A stretch of 63,508 nucleotides of DNA, counting the filler, from Folioceros fuciformis (Eukaryota): the NCBI GenBank assembly GCA_049999805.1. It is 3 parts of 3 records of this genome, joined end to end, with 100 filler letters (N's around TTAATTAATTAA, not from the genome) between each part and the next. Parts side by side here need not be neighbours in the genome. Positions count along the whole stretch, not along the records: positions 1 to 27,719 come from JBNGIO010006282.1; 2 more parts are not named here. The stretch is one strand, 5' to 3'. Shown piece after piece: positions 1-13,318 of the stretch. The notes under the pieces are model-generated. The model ran no database searches. It was given only the letters and a program-made list of their open reading frames with translations, and had not been told where the DNA came from. The translations under genes were made by a program, and so were the position numbers. Numbering within the stretch: the stretch's first letter is position 1; the number at the start of each line of letters is the position of its first letter.

Positions 1-1039
1 TACGAGCATTCCATGCTCTAGGTGCCTGTTTGAGTCCATACAATGCCTTCTTCAGTTTGCAGACGTATGTTGGAAACTTAGGATGAACATAGCCTTCAGG
101 CTGTTCCACGTACACTTCTTCTTGCAACTCACCATTCAAGAAGGCATTCTTGACATCCATTTGCCATAACTTCCATCCATTAGCTGCTGCTAATGCTATG
201 ACTGTCCTTACAGTTGTCATCTTGGCTACTGGACTAAAGGTTTCCTCATAATCAAGACCATACTGTTGTGCATATCCCTTTGCAACCAACATGGCCTTGT
301 AATGCTCCAGCATTCCATCTGACTTGAACTTCAGCTTGTACACCCACTTAGAACCAATAAGAACCTTGCCATCAGGCAATTGAACCAAATCCCACGTTCC
401 GTTCTCAACTAATGCTGAGTATTCTTCATCCATGGCTTGACACCACTTATCATCTATCACTGCCTCAGCAAACTTGGTTGGCTCCTTACAAGCTGTGACC
501 CTTGTCATATACGCATAATGCTGCGCATTGTAGCTTGTATAGGTGTACCTGTCAATGGGTTTCCTAACCCTCTCAGATCTCCTTGGTCTTAGTTCATTTT
601 GAACCTGCCTTGCATATTGTTGCTCCTAAGCACCTGGCGTTTCCACAAATGGAATGCCAAACTCACTGTCAATGCTCTCACTACTTGAGGATTCATATCC
701 CTCATTTCTAGTTTTGCTGCTTTCTACTCTCCCCCTCACTGACATATCCGGGTCAATGGTCTTCGGTTTACCATTCTGCAGTCTTCCAGACCATGGATTC
801 ATCGTTGGTGATCCACCATTGGTCACATCCTCACTCTTTGCTGGAGTACTCTTAACAGTACTCTCCCCTGTGGGTTCGTCATAGGGTAGTGCAACTGAGT
901 TGTTATACCAGGAGGCTAACTCATCAAATACCACATCCCTGCTTATCAGGATCTCATGTGTGGGTGGCACATAACACTTATATGCAAATGCCTGGCAGCA
1001 TAAGGCAAGATGGCTCTTATACCATAAAGCGAGATGCAA
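1..1039 (-). mobile_element. Ty1/copia pol fragment (integrase C-terminus/linker + reverse transcriptase), degenerate, runs off the window
   Basis: Minus strand reads ...ILISRDVVFDE..., then LWQMDVKNAFLNGELQEEVYVEQPEGY...LKKALYGLKQAPRAW (copia RT); in-frame stop at 626-628. Confidence 0.92.
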
Positions 1040-1235
1040 GGCACGATTCTAGCAAAAAGAGTATCGATCCATCAAGGTGATGGCCTTATATACGAAGTTG
1101 TCTTAACTCATTTTTTGTTATGGCGGTTTAACTATTTGTACCAGCATTAACTACATTGTTTACGACTGGTTAATAATACTACTTAAGCATGATAAATCAA
1201 AACGTGCCCTAAAGTTTGTGCAGCGGTCCACGATG

Positions 1236-1420
1236 CATGTCGGCGGTGGCCAACATGGACAACCAGGAAGCCTCATGGGATAGTCTCCCATTAGTCAATC
1301 GCAAGCCTAGGGAGCATGTCGGNNNNNNNNNNCCTAGGGAGCATGTCGGCGGTGGCCAACATGGACAACCAGGAAGCCTTGTGGGATAGTCTCCCATTAG
1401 TCAATCGCAAGCCTAGGGAG
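1236..1420. repeat. 79-bp tandem repeat, at least 2 copies, interrupted by an N gap
   Basis: CATGTCGGCGGTGGCCAACATGG...CCTAGGGAG starts at 1236, starts again at 1315 and recurs after the Ns. Confidence 0.85.
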
Positions 1421-1879
1421 TTACTTTGCCTACACTAGAACTCTACAGACACATGGTGAATCCAAGCAGGTTGCAAAGCCGACTAGTGAGAGTGGGATAG
1501 TGAACATGAATAGGAGGAAAGAGTGCATCCATTGATCCCAAGTTGAAAGTTGAGTCATGGCCTATTCACATAAGAAATTCATACTGCAGAATGATCTGCG
1601 CTAGCTTCCTCACTTGCCGGGCTCACCTAAAAAAAGCTAACATCCTACCAGCCTGTTCTCATCACTGCATCTGTGGCCTCACTTTAAAAAAGGGTTTAAG
1701 GTTTAGTTGCAGTGTCTGCACCCACGCTCTGTCCCGGGTGTATTTTATTGCCCGAGATGTTGATGTTTTATGGTAGATTACATACTTGATGGCTCTCGCC
1801 CTTCCCTCTTGATCTTCGAGCTGCCTCGTATGCCTCATACTAGCTTATTTTGCACCCTAGGAAGCGATGGCTGACCTGC

Positions 1880-2200
1880 CCCGCTCCGTTTTGGACTTGC
1901 CACATTTTGACTTGCCACGCTCTACCTCTGCCTTGCCATGTTCGGCCTCCACTCTTCCGCGCTCAACTTCCGACTTGCCACAGTCAACTTGCAACTTGGT
2001 CTCCACTCTCCTGCGCTCAAATTCCAACCTGCCACGCTGAGATTCCGACTTGGTCTCTACTCTTCCGCGCTCAACTTCCGACTTGCCATACTTTGTGTCC
2101 GACTTGGTCTCCGCGATCCCACACTCAACTTCCGACTTGCCACGCTCAACTTCGGATTTGCCACACTCAGCTTATGACACGCCACGGTCAGTTTTTGACT
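1880..2200 (+). repeat. Degenerate ~21-28 bp tandem repeat array upstream of a Myb/SANT remnant
   Basis: Recurring CTCAACTTCCGACTTGCCA and ACTTGGTCTCCACTCT units. Confidence 0.8.
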
Positions 2201-2244
2201 TTCCTTGAGGGCACCTTCACCATTGCAGCCGTTTAGTTGTTCAA

Positions 2245-2432
2245 GAAAACGCAACTTGGACAGATGAAGGGACAGAGAGGTTGATCACGCTATATCAAGA
2301 TAAGTATTTTCAAGTCAACAAAGGAAATCTAGAGGTAAAGCATTGGCAGGAAATTTGCAGCTCGGTTTCCCCGTATTGCACTTGGAGTGTTCGTTGGAAG
2401 CAATGTAAACAGAAGGTAGAGGCAGTGAAGAG
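2245..2432 (+). pseudogene. Trihelix/Myb-SANT DNA-binding fragment, PIF/Harbinger ORF1-like
   Basis: TWTDEGTERLITLYQDKYFQVNKGNLEVKHWQEIC...QCKQKVEAVKR; similar to the copies at 34.4 kb and 43.5 kb. Confidence 0.75.
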
Positions 2433-2539
2433 ATGTATTGGATGTGCCTTGCTTGTGAAGCCCTTTCTGTTTGCTGCACAGTAAAAACTTCAATCTTTCT
2501 CTCTGCGACCCTTGCTATAGTTTGCTTGCAACTGGTAGA

Positions 2540-3953
2540 CCTGGACTCTTCGCAATGTCAAAGAGACAATTGTTAGAGATAAGGCAGTTGAGTCCCTCTG
2601 CAAGATTGGTTCATGCATGAAGGAGTGTGATGTTGCAGACTGGTTCATACCTCTTGTCAAGGTAGCCCTACGAGCCCTTTCTATTTTCGGCATTGTAAAA
2701 ACTTCAATCTTTCTCTCTATGGCCCTTGACCCTTGATATACTTTGCTTGCAACTAGGAGACTTGTATTATGTGGTTTATTGAAAACCTGTCTGTCTCAGT
2801 TGTCAGCAAAGTAGACATTAGAGCTGGGAAATTTTAAACCATTTTTGTTTTGGAAATTGTGATTCAAGTTCTTGACACAGAGAAGTCTTGCTGAATGCAT
2901 GTTTTTTGTTTGTGTTGAGACTAGGTGCTAGGGAATGGTTCACATCTCGGGTTTCTGCTAGTGGCTATTCCAAGTTGCTTATCCAAATGCACTGGATCGC
3001 ATTCGTGCAGGATCACGATTTGTGTATAATCAGCTCTACCATGATAATCCTTGCATGGTTAGGTGGGTAGCAACCACTAATCTAGGAAAGTTGGCTGCAA
3101 CTTTGGAGCCTGTGCATCTTAAAACATGACATGACTTTCTTCAAAGATCTTATTGTAGATGGTGAGCATGTTGTAACATGACGGTTCTTGAGTGTTAAGT
3201 GAGGCTTGCAAGTGGTATTCACTATCATTTAAGTTTTTGACTGCCCTCCCTTTTTATGTGCAGAACAAAATTTTGTAAGACTACTCTAGCTGTGGATGGG
3301 TGTGCAGCTTTGGGCCAACTACTTGAGCCTCAGGATTGTGTTGTCCTAGGTTTTGCACAGATTTGCGTGCAAGGTTGTCCCATTTTTGCCAATCAAAACT
3401 TGGTTACCATTAAGTGGATGTTGGCTGAGGAGGTACTGTAACGTGTCTTCCTGTACTTAGGATAGACCATGGCGTGTGCGGTACAAGGTAGCTAATTAGT
3501 TGTACAAATTGCATGAAGCAGCTGGCCCGCAATTGACCAAGTAGAACCAAACGAGAAAGTGACTTGCAATGTTAGCTTATTCTTGGAGAAGCTTGACTAA
3601 TGGCATCTAGCACTTGTAAAAAGCATGGAATTGGTCCCAGCCTATGTGTGCCTATTGCAGGACATTGAAGCCGAAGTTTGGATTGCAGCTGCCGAGAAGG
3701 TTGCGCTGTTTTGTAAAATTAGAAGGTCGTAGCAAGCTGCACAATAATATTTTGCCGTGTTTATAGGTCAGTGTGAATTAGAGATGCCCACACTGCTTCT
3801 GAGATTGATTTGATGGAAATCCTTCATTGTACTGCACTTTGGTTGATGGTCTTGCGTTGCCCTACATAAACAGGATTTGTCTTTAGATGCCTCTCAGCAT
3901 GTGTGAGCTTCTTTGGCATATACCATCATGGGCCTAGCTCTATTTTTAAGAAA
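2540..3953 (+). pseudogene. PP2AA: Internal, intron-containing fragment of protein phosphatase 2A scaffold (A) subunit gene
   Basis: Exon remnants ETIVRDKAVESLCKIGS..WFIPLVK | RLGAREWFTSRVSA..TNLGKLAATLE | LAVDGCAALGQLLEPQDCV | DRPWRVRYKVAN*LY | LVPAYVCLLQDIEAEVWIAAAEKV | DLSLDASQHV*ASLA..IMGLA, in the order of PP2A-A HEAT repeats; stops and frameshifts present. Confidence 0.9.
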
Positions 3954-4619
3954 GGTATGTGCCTTGACCGTAGTATATATTTTATTTGTTTCGTGTGAGC
4001 ATACAGAAAGGTGTTTTCAGGCTGAGGCCGTGTGTGCATATTGTGAGGGTTGTCCTGTGACTTGATGTTTTAGGGATCTGTAGCCTCCAATAGTTTTGAG
4101 GTCACATCCTTCTTGAGAGCCCACACATTTGTGGAATAGTAAAACAACTGCAACTGCCTGCTACTATGCCTATATGTGAGTCTGTAGGATGCCATATCAA
4201 AGTGACATGACGACTGAAACATCTTGGAAGCATCTTGGAAGCTTGTCATCCGGGCCAGCTCAATCAGGTTGTTGAGCATATGGGTATTCTTGTGCTCAGA
4301 CATTGATGGATTTCCAAATCTCTCTTCTATATTCTTCTTAGGGACTTTTTATGGAGCAAGCATTGCCTTGGGTGAGGTATGTGCGCTCACCCTCTTATCA
4401 TGCAGGTGGGATGTGGGTCTAGTGCCTTCATTTGTTTCATTTGTATAAATGATTTTGATTGTAGATTATATACTAAATATATTGATCCATAAACCTAATA
4501 TTGCATTAATTGTAATGATGAATATTAATTTTAGTAATATATTAAAAATATTTATCTACATGTATATATTATATATACTATATAATATATTACGTAATTA
4601 TTATTGTATATAATTACAT

Positions 4620-4997
4620 GTATAGTAAAAAAAGATGGTTAACCTAGCCATAGTTCATTCACATTTGTTCATACAATGGTTTTTACTACGGTTTATAAAT
4701 AAAACAGTGTTCACAATAGTTCATACAATGGCTTAATTATAGCTCATACATAGCTTTTAAAATATTGTTTAAAATCTCGTTGTTTCAACCATTTGACATA
4801 ACAAACGATATTTTAAACAACGATTTTTATATCATTTGAACAGTCGTTTGGTTCAATGTTCATATGTGTGAATTCAAAATGACAGTTTATATGTCTATTT
4901 TTATTGTTTAAACTTCATCATATCCCATTGTATGAACCGTTTAAATGAAAAAAATATGTCATTTAAACTTTCTTTTTAGCCATCTTTCTCTATAGTG
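4620..4997 (-). mobile_element. Possible CACTA (En/Spm) terminus with AT-rich subterminal repeats
   Basis: Minus strand begins CACTATAGAGAAAGATG at 4997; short repeats such as GTTCATACAATGG and AAACGAT/TTTAAAC lie inside; no matching opposite end found. Confidence 0.45.
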
Positions 4998-6377
4998 CGG
5001 TACCTCAACCTTGAGCCTACCTTTCACATTATAATCATAGAAATGGAAATGAGAGACTGTGGATCAGGTAGTGGGACCTAGCTACTAGACATGGGGGCAC
5101 ATTAACTGAAGTTTGCCACGAACAAGCAACATCTCACTGACTTGATGCCTTCTCGAGAATAGGCCAGCGCATGGCTTGAAGTGGCGAAATGTGAGATCAA
5201 TTCGTGCCAGCTTGATATCAACTCCATAGTCCTAGGTTGGTTACTGAACACAACCAGCGTTGAAGTGGAGAAAAAGCATCAAAGGCTTAATTCCATTAAT
5301 AGTAGAGGTTCTAGGACATGTTGCCCAATGACGCCACCGACGTTCTTCGATCATCAATCTTCGATCATGCACGATATGTCTACCGACTAAGTCCCCATGT
5401 AGTCCGTGATCTCTTTTGAGATCTTATTCTCTGTTGGGCAGAATCAAGGAGAAAAGCAAAATTCGGCGATGCAAACGATCAAAATCAGCATTCGATCCAT
5501 TATGATTGAGATACTGCTCTCTGAATCTAATCAAGGTACAACAAGCAGGACTGACTGAACCCGAGTGGTTACTTTGAACGACCTAAAATGTAGCTTAAAA
5601 TTTAAAATCTCACCATAAATATAAATCTAAATAAATATATTTACAATATCATTTGCAACAAACTTGCGACATTTGTAAATATTATTCCTGTATATAGCAT
5701 TATTCTTAAAAAACAAGTATTACAACCTTCGCAACTAAAAGCACATTTGTAGCCCACCTAATTTGCAAAGCCTTCTACATGTGTTGTGTATAGTGACTAT
5801 GCCATGTCATTATATATTGATAATATTATAATTTTATAATAAATAACTCCTTATTTTCATAAATAAAAAAGAAATTCTATAGAATTAGCAACGCTTATTG
5901 TAAATGTTCTAAAAATTTACGTTACAAATATTCCAAAAAATTATGTTGTAATTGTTCCTAAAATTTATAACAAAGGTAAGAGATGTAGTAATTGTGCTGT
6001 AAAATAAAATCCTCTTACTAAACTTAGAAGCAATTGTAAAAGGTAGCTCCTCCTTGCATACATTAAATTTTGTTAAATTATATTATAATAAAATATTTTT
6101 ATATGGTGCATGAATAGACCAATATGCTATGTTTAATTCATGTAACAAAGGAGAAGTGAAGTCCTACCTATGTAATGTGAAGTCTATGAGAAATTTTAAA
6201 TGGATTTTTTTTCTAAAAACAAGAAACACAAGAGCATTGAATGTTTACATACCTATAACTAGTTTTACATTAAAAAAACAAAACAAAATCTGAATATTCA
6301 GCTAGGATTACCTATTTTTAAAATGGTACCCAATTGGCTTCTAAGCATCCTCCCATTAGGTGCACAACAACAGATAT

Positions 6378-6590
6378 GTTGATTAAAGGATTGAATCTCA
6401 ATAGGCATGCTAGGTATACCAAGATACTTGGTGCCATCATATTTGACTAAAGAGTTGAATCTCAACAGGCATTTGACTAAAAGGTTGAATCTCAACATAT
6501 ATTTGACTAAAGAGTTGAATCTTAACAGGTATTTAACTAAAGAGTTGAATCTCAACAAGCATGTTAGTATAGCAAGATATTTGGCTTAAA
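6378..6590. repeat. 30-bp minisatellite, about 5-6 copies
   Basis: ATTTGACTAAAGAGTTGAATCTCAACAGGC-like units. Confidence 0.9.
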
Positions 6591-6991
6591 GGACTCTTGA
6601 ATGAGAGTACTATAGAAGTAGTGTAGCACATTCTTTATTAACTTATTTTGATATATTATAGTACAGGTACCCTAATAATAATTTTCCTAGAGAAGGAGAT
6701 CTTTTGACTCGGGAGCATCTTCTATATAAGCAGGTGAAGAATGTTCCAGGGAGAAGCTTCCAAAAGTGGCAAGCCAAGACCAATAGCATGGAAGACCAAA
6801 GGACTTTGCTACGTGGGTTGTCAAGTTTAGATCCAGGTGTGCAGACTTTTTGTGCTATCTTGTTTTAGTCTGTGAACACACATGCCCCATAGAAACATTG
6901 TAATGCTCTCTTTATCAACCTCAAGACCCTCAACGCTCTGCAGCGTCAGGAGGAGGGTCGAGTAATTGAGATTGGGGCACCAGTTGCTACA

Positions 6992-8656
6992 ATGATTGTT
7001 CTCCTTTTGTGTTGGCTCTCTGTTTTGCTTCTGATCCCCATTCCATTGAGCGCGAGTCTTGAAGGTTACAATTTTGACTGCCTGGAGGCGATTTTTGGGT
7101 TTGAAGACTCTACTAGACATCGGGGAGTTGTTGCGAGCGTTCCCATCGCCGGCAGTGGTGCTGTCAGGAAACCCACCTTACGGCAACACGTTTCTTGACT
7201 ACCCGACTGGTCGCTACGGTGATGGCAGGCTCGTCATCGACTTCATCAGTGAGCAAAGCTGGTGCATGGATATGAGTTTATCGTGGCCTAGTGCAATGAC
7301 CGGATAAGTTGCCAATGCCGGTAGATGGGTGCACCCCCTGTGCAGCGGAGGGAGTCGGTCTTCCCCTTCTCCATCCTTACATCGCAAATCTTGGAGCTAA
7401 ATATGCGCACGGTGTAAATTCAGCTACCTCGGGAGCTGAATATAGCGAATATTCGCTATCTCGGGATCCACTAGCTGGAACAATCCGGAAAATGTACCAT
7501 TCTTCCTTGCTTGGCAGGTGGACCAGCCAGTCTTCTTTCACTCCACATCTCTCGCACGCTGTGAACCGCTGTTGTTCCCACACTCAGGTTACGAAGGAGT
7601 GATCCATCGTTAGTGCGTTGCAGCTTTTTGTATCCAAACAAGCTGCATGTCTTGACTGCTGTTTGTGTCTGCGCGCAGCGCCCAAGCCTTCTTCCTTTAC
7701 TCGTCGCAGGCTCTACTACATCATATCAGGTGTAAATGACATCTACTACCCCCTCGCGCTCGGAGGCACCGCCTTCCGGCTTACAATCCCTACCATCAAA
7801 GCTGTGATCTTACCGGAAATCGTTTCCAACATTTCCGCCGCCGTCACTGTAAGTAATGTGCGCAGGTCTTGCAAGTTTCAATTCTTGCCATTTCTGCAAG
7901 AGGAGCGTCGTGGTGGAGGGCAATCTCGACGTCGAAAGGGAAGGAAAGTGTCTGTAAACAGTTTAGGATGCCTCCAAAACGGAGTGAAGCATTTTTTGTT
8001 GTTGCCTCTCCATGGCAGCAACTATATGAAGAGATTGGAGCTAGACAATTTGTGGTGTGGGGTGTGTCCGCTGTGGGATGTATCCCTGCTCTTCTGACTT
8101 TGTTGCAAACAGATCCTGAGGCTGGTCCGCTCGATGAGGTCGGATGTTTGGCAGGCGTCAATAACCTTGCCCAGGAATTAAACACAACTGGTAGTAGGCA
8201 TCCAAGAGTTGAGATAGAACCTGCCAAATAGCCTTATCATCCTTGTCGACTTCTACAACATCACGTGCAACATCACAACTCATTACCGAGAGTACGGTAA
8301 GAGATGATCATGTTCCAGTCTGCAATTGGAAATTCTTGGAAATGGATGTATGAAGAGTAAGCTCGACATTGGTGCTTTGCAAACAATCGACAAGTTTCTT
8401 GACTCTCTCTGTAGGATTCAACGAGAACCTGATAGTATGTTGTGGCTCATCAACAGGCGCCTATGGCTACAACTACGATCCAATTGCGCTAAACAGGATG
8501 CCTAGGACAAATTTTTCTGTTTGCGCCAAGCCTGCAAAGTACATCAATTGGGATGGAGTGCAGTACACCCATCATTCTACAAGCTGATCGCAGAAGCGTT
8601 TCTGAGTGGACATATCTTGGATCTGCCAATCCCAATATCCGCTCTCTACAATTAGC
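6992..8656 (+). pseudogene. GDSL esterase/lipase pseudogene (multi-exon)
   Basis: Signal peptide; AIFGFEDS (GDS motif changed to EDS, then a frameshift); PPYGNTFLDYPTGRYGDGRLVIDFI; HGVNSATSGA; LYEEIGARQFVV; CCG; YINWDGVQYT (catalytic DxxH His replaced); further frameshifts. Confidence 0.85.
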
Positions 8657-8879
8657 AAACGGTTAATTATAGTATAACAGAGGGAAGGCTCAACTATTTA
8701 AGGGCTTTCACCGGGTATCTAAGAGGATATATAATGCGTTATATCTCTACATATATTATCATTTTGGGTACTCTCTATTTTTTTTTTCAACCATATGTTT
8801 TACATGAATATTCTACAACATCTCCTACGTACATACAGATTTTAGGGCTCCACGTCACATATAGTACGAAATCTTCTTT

Positions 8880-9450
8880 GATCCATAACTTTGTTTCTTA
8901 TTGGTTCATGACCTTTCTCTGGGTCCATGACTTTGTTTCTTCTCGATTCATGACCTTCCTCTGGTCCATGAATTTGTTTCTTCTTGGTTCATGACTTGTC
9001 TTGACTCGTACAGTGGAAGGAGCAATGTTCCCAAGCATGTTTCGCTTGCGGCATTTGGCCCCACATGCTGTCCATAACTTTGTTTCTTCTCGGTTCATGA
9101 TCTTTCTTTGGTCCATAACTTTGTTTCTTCTCGGTTCATGACCTTTCTGTGGTCCATGACTTTGTTTCTTCTCGGTTTATGACCTTTCTCCAATCCATAA
9201 CCTTGTTTCTTCTTGATTCATGACCTTTCTCCAATCCTTAACTTTGTTTCTTCTCGGTTCATGACCTTTCTGCGGTCCATAACTTTGTTTCCTCTCAGTT
9301 CATGACCTTTCTCTTCTATAACTTTGTTTCTTCTCAGTTCATGACTTTTCTACAGTCCATAACTTTGTTTCTTCTCAATTCATGACATGTCTCGACTTGT
9401 ACAATGGAAGGAGCAATGTTCCCAAGCACGTTTTCGCTTGCAGTAGTTGG
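8880..9450. repeat. ~39-bp minisatellite (about 11 copies) with a duplicated ~70-bp interrupting block
   Basis: TCCATAACTTTGTTTCTTCTCGGTTCATGACCTTTCT units; the block GAC(T/A)TGTC..GGAAGGAGCAATGTTCCCAAGCA occurs at ~8993 and ~9384. Confidence 0.9.
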
Positions 9451-10560
9451 CCCTGTGAATGCAGAGCTACCTGCTTAACAACCATGCTCACCTGAACTCA
9501 AAAAGTACACATGGTCAGTGATGTAGATGTACAGTATGGCCCTATCTCCAAATGAATATGTCTACAAGTTGAGGGATTGCAGACTCAAACCTTACAATGG
9601 TGAGGAACCCGTCCATGCGAATGCTAAAGAAATGGGCGACACACTCAAACATACACTCCCCAAGGCAGCCTAGCGTCACCCTCCTGTCTAGGCTGTGCAC
9701 AACATAATGGAAACCCACCTACCAACTTACAAGGACTTGGAAAAATAAGTGTTGCTACAACTGCAGCGTTATGCGAGCTACTTGCTTGCTAAGGGGGAAG
9801 TTCGTGTCCTGTAGCATGGAATGTGAGTTGAGAATGCAGCAATTGCATGGGCTTCTTGCAGACTTAGGAGGAAAACCAACATGGTTGTCTGTGCACTATG
9901 GCATGCCCATTAGCTTCAAAATATGGGATTGTATACTATACGATGGTATCCATATTGGTATTCCATACATTCCTCCTATCTTAGGAGAAAATAATGAGGT
10001 CTTAGCATCGATGTCCTATGTCTCATAGTACGGGAATGTTGGAATATGCAATGGATTTTGTAGATATTTTGTAAGATTGTGATGTCATAGATGAAAAAAA
10101 AACCCACACCAGCTTTGTTTGTCCGGTGTGGTATTCCATACATAAGTCATTCTTTTTGTTTTCCTCCGCGTGGTTGGTGCAGATACCAAAGCTCACAAAA
10201 CAAAGGAAAAGGCGCCGAGCTAGGGCCGCACTGGGTCAGCCCCTACATACATACTTAGCCCATTTACCAAAAACTAGGATACAGGGAAATTGGATAATAA
10301 TAGCGACGCGAAAGTTCTCAACGACGACGCCAGACGCGCTTCGACGGCGGCGTTCCTTCCAGCCTATCACAGAAACGTAGACTTACAGCAGAAGTCGGAG
10401 ACTTAGTCGGACCTAAGCACTGTAAGGTACGCGGGCGTGTGAAGGCGGCTCTTGAACGGGATCCCGGTACGCTACTTCAGCATCTCACGTTCAACAAACT
10501 TGAGGCGGGCAGACCAACCAGCATAGCTGTGCTCGCTGCTGCGCCTACGCTGTTTTCGCA

Positions 10561-11952
10561 ATGTCCACTTCTGGGATTCAGGGCCAGGTGCTCGAGCTCA
10601 CAGGTACGTATTAGGTTGTGCCGGATCAACCATCTGTTTGCGCTGCTCGTGTCTTCGTGTGGCTCAGGGTTCAGCTTTGGTGAGCGCTGGAAGAAGGAGA
10701 AAGTGGATGAGGAAGCAAGGATGTGAAGGAGTGTTGCCGTGTTGTGGCAGTGGTGGGAGCGAGAAACCTCAGGGATAAAGAGTGGATATCCCGGCAAGAT
10801 CCCTACGTGATCGTGGAGTATGGCCAGAACAGGTTTCGGACGAAAACGGATACAGGTCTGATGGCCTGCTGTTGTTTCGGTGCTGTGTCGCGTTTTTGAA
10901 GACATGGAAGGGTTTAAGGGAGCTGTGGTTTGGTCTTGAAATCAGATGGGGGAAAGAACCCATCGTTCAATGATAAGTTCACCCTGCCGCTGATTGAGGG
11001 GCTCCGGGAGGTGCAAGTGCAAGTGTGGAACAGCAACATGACCTTCGACGACTTTATTGGTTCTGGCAAGTAAGAGTTGGTGGATGAAAGGTTGTGTTTT
11101 TGTTTATTTGTTTTGGCGTGGGGATGAAGTGGTGGTCAGTGTGTTCAATTTGTATCTTTTCGTGCAGAATATTGCTTGAGAGGGCGTTGTCAACGGGATA
11201 TGACGACAGCGGTTGGAGTCTGTTGTCCAAGACAGGGAAGTGAGTGTGAAGGTTTGGAGCTTCGAGTGTCCTGGCTTGTGATGTGTCGTGTCTGATTCGG
11301 GGTTTAATTTTGGGTTATGGTAGGCATGCGGGGGAGCTCATGACGATCTTGCACTTTTCAAATGCTGGAAAGGTTTGTTTTGTTGTGTGTTGTTCGCTCG
11401 CTTGGTTACTTAAGGTTTGTTGGTTTCTTACTCGCTGAAAGTTCGTGTAGTAAACCGTGCTTTCTTCTTATTGGCTACAGGGAGGGCAGAAAGTGAAGTC
11501 GGATGCGGCACACGCCCCAGCAGCTCCATACCCCTATGGGCATCCTCCTGCGCCGTATCCCGCATATGCACCTCCGCAGGCACCATATGCTGGATATGCC
11601 CCGCCTCCGTATGCTGCTCCTTCTGGCTATCCGGCTCCGAGCCCATATGGTCCACCCCCAGTCCCGTATGCTGCAGCACCACCGCCGCACATCCATCCCC
11701 CTGGGCATGGTCCTTCTGCCTATCCCTCAGGATACCCACAGGCACCAGGGTCGGGAGCTCCATACTACGGTGCACCACCTCCAAGTGGTGGCTACCCACC
11801 AGCATATCCAGGTGAGCTGCTTTTGTGTGCCGGATCGAAACCTAGTGATTTCTGTTGTTAAATGTTACTTTCGGTAGTGAGAGGGAGTGGAGAGCTGCGT
11901 GTGAACCTGAAACTGTGCTTTGGGGCTGGCAGGCTACCCACCTCAATGGTAG
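10561..11952 (+). CDS. C2 (CaLB) domain protein with Pro/Tyr/Gly-rich tail, 7 exons
   Basis: MSTSGIQGQVLELT|VVGARNLRDKEWISRQDPYVIVEYG..|DGGKNPSFNDKFTLPLIEGLRE..DDFIGSG|..YDDSGWSL..|HAGEL..|PYP-rich exon|GYPPQW*; GT-AG introns. Confidence 0.9.
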
Positions 11953-13318
11953 AGGTCTGTGTGGAATTCCGCAGGACAATGTAGGTAAGGTCGAACGCTC
12001 CTTAGTAGGCAAGAGGTCTTGTTCTCTCACGTGGAACTGCTCGCTCCACTATTTCCCTAATTGCATGAATAGAAAGCTTTGCATGTCATACCGACCGTTG
12101 AAGGAACTGAGATTGTGTTGGGTTGCAGATGTCCTGGTTAGTGATACCGTATTCTTTATATCGGGGATGCAGCAGGACAAGGAACTCCAGGTCCGAAGTT
12201 GGAGCGTTATCCGATTCCATGTGTAATCCATTGTATTGAAATTATGATTGCGAAGATCAAGCCTTAGGCGATATTACAGTTGTCTTGCATGTTCATCTCC
12301 TCAAGCTCGCTTGCAAAGGGAAGAAGGCAGAAGTTCAAAATGAAGAGAGCCTTGATACTACGAATTGCAGGCCGATCGCTGTGAATCCACTGTAACACTA
12401 TGTTGAACGATACCTATATGATGTACAGTGCCAAGTCGGTTGGCTAGTTCATTGCCAGCAGTATGCGTGTTGGCAGAGCATCGATGTGGAATGTTATCCT
12501 TCTAAAAGACAATTGTCTGAATGAGACCACGGGAAGGCTGGCTCTTCTCGATATCTCGCGCAAAGTGTGCTGACTAACTCTCAGTCCTGACACCTCTCCT
12601 CTGAAGTACATATTTCGTGATGAGTGGGATCCAGCTCTACAATGAAGTAGAGAAAAAATAATGGAAAACAAAATATCCCCTGAGTGAAGCTTAATTGTGA
12701 AATTTTAATACTTTCGACCAAAAGAATTATAGAGCATCGTCAAAACGGTCGAGCGGTTATGGTGTCAAGCAGCTATAGCCGCTTTCTCGGCCAAAGCTTG
12801 TTAAATTCCCTGCGCACACTCGTCTGCTGTAAGAAAGCTAGATTAACTGCTTGGATCTGGCAAGTTCTAGGAAATTGACAGCAAGCGCGGCACAAACAGT
12901 GTCAAATCTAGCAGATGCAGTTCCAGCCCGAGCTTCATACTATCTCCAACCCACACCACCAATACCTTACACCATGAACACACAGGCTTAGAACAAGAGC
13001 TTTGCAGTTCTTGGTGGCCATGAGAATCGAGAGTTCGCATGTATTGCCGGGTCCGGAAGCCCCTGTTCTACTCTAGGTGCTCACACTTCATGGCTTCAAA
13101 TTTGCCACAGTATCAACAACAGGGTTCCGTGACAGGCTTGAGTTATCCGCTTATTTGCAGAGATCTGTACAATTCCAGCTCTGTCGAGGAAAAGGACGGA
13201 GCAACCATGGTAGTGTCAGCGAGCGGTACTAAGGGGAATATTTGTCACATGTCGCAATTAAATAATGTGAGACCTATGTACAGGGATAATGTAATGTACA
13301 ATGCCTTGCAATTTGGCT

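Noticed and set aside
6298-6589. Repetitive ORFs (LRFNSLVKY)n; likewise those at 1850-2236, 33804-34245 and 35412-35775
   Set aside because: Translations of minisatellites.
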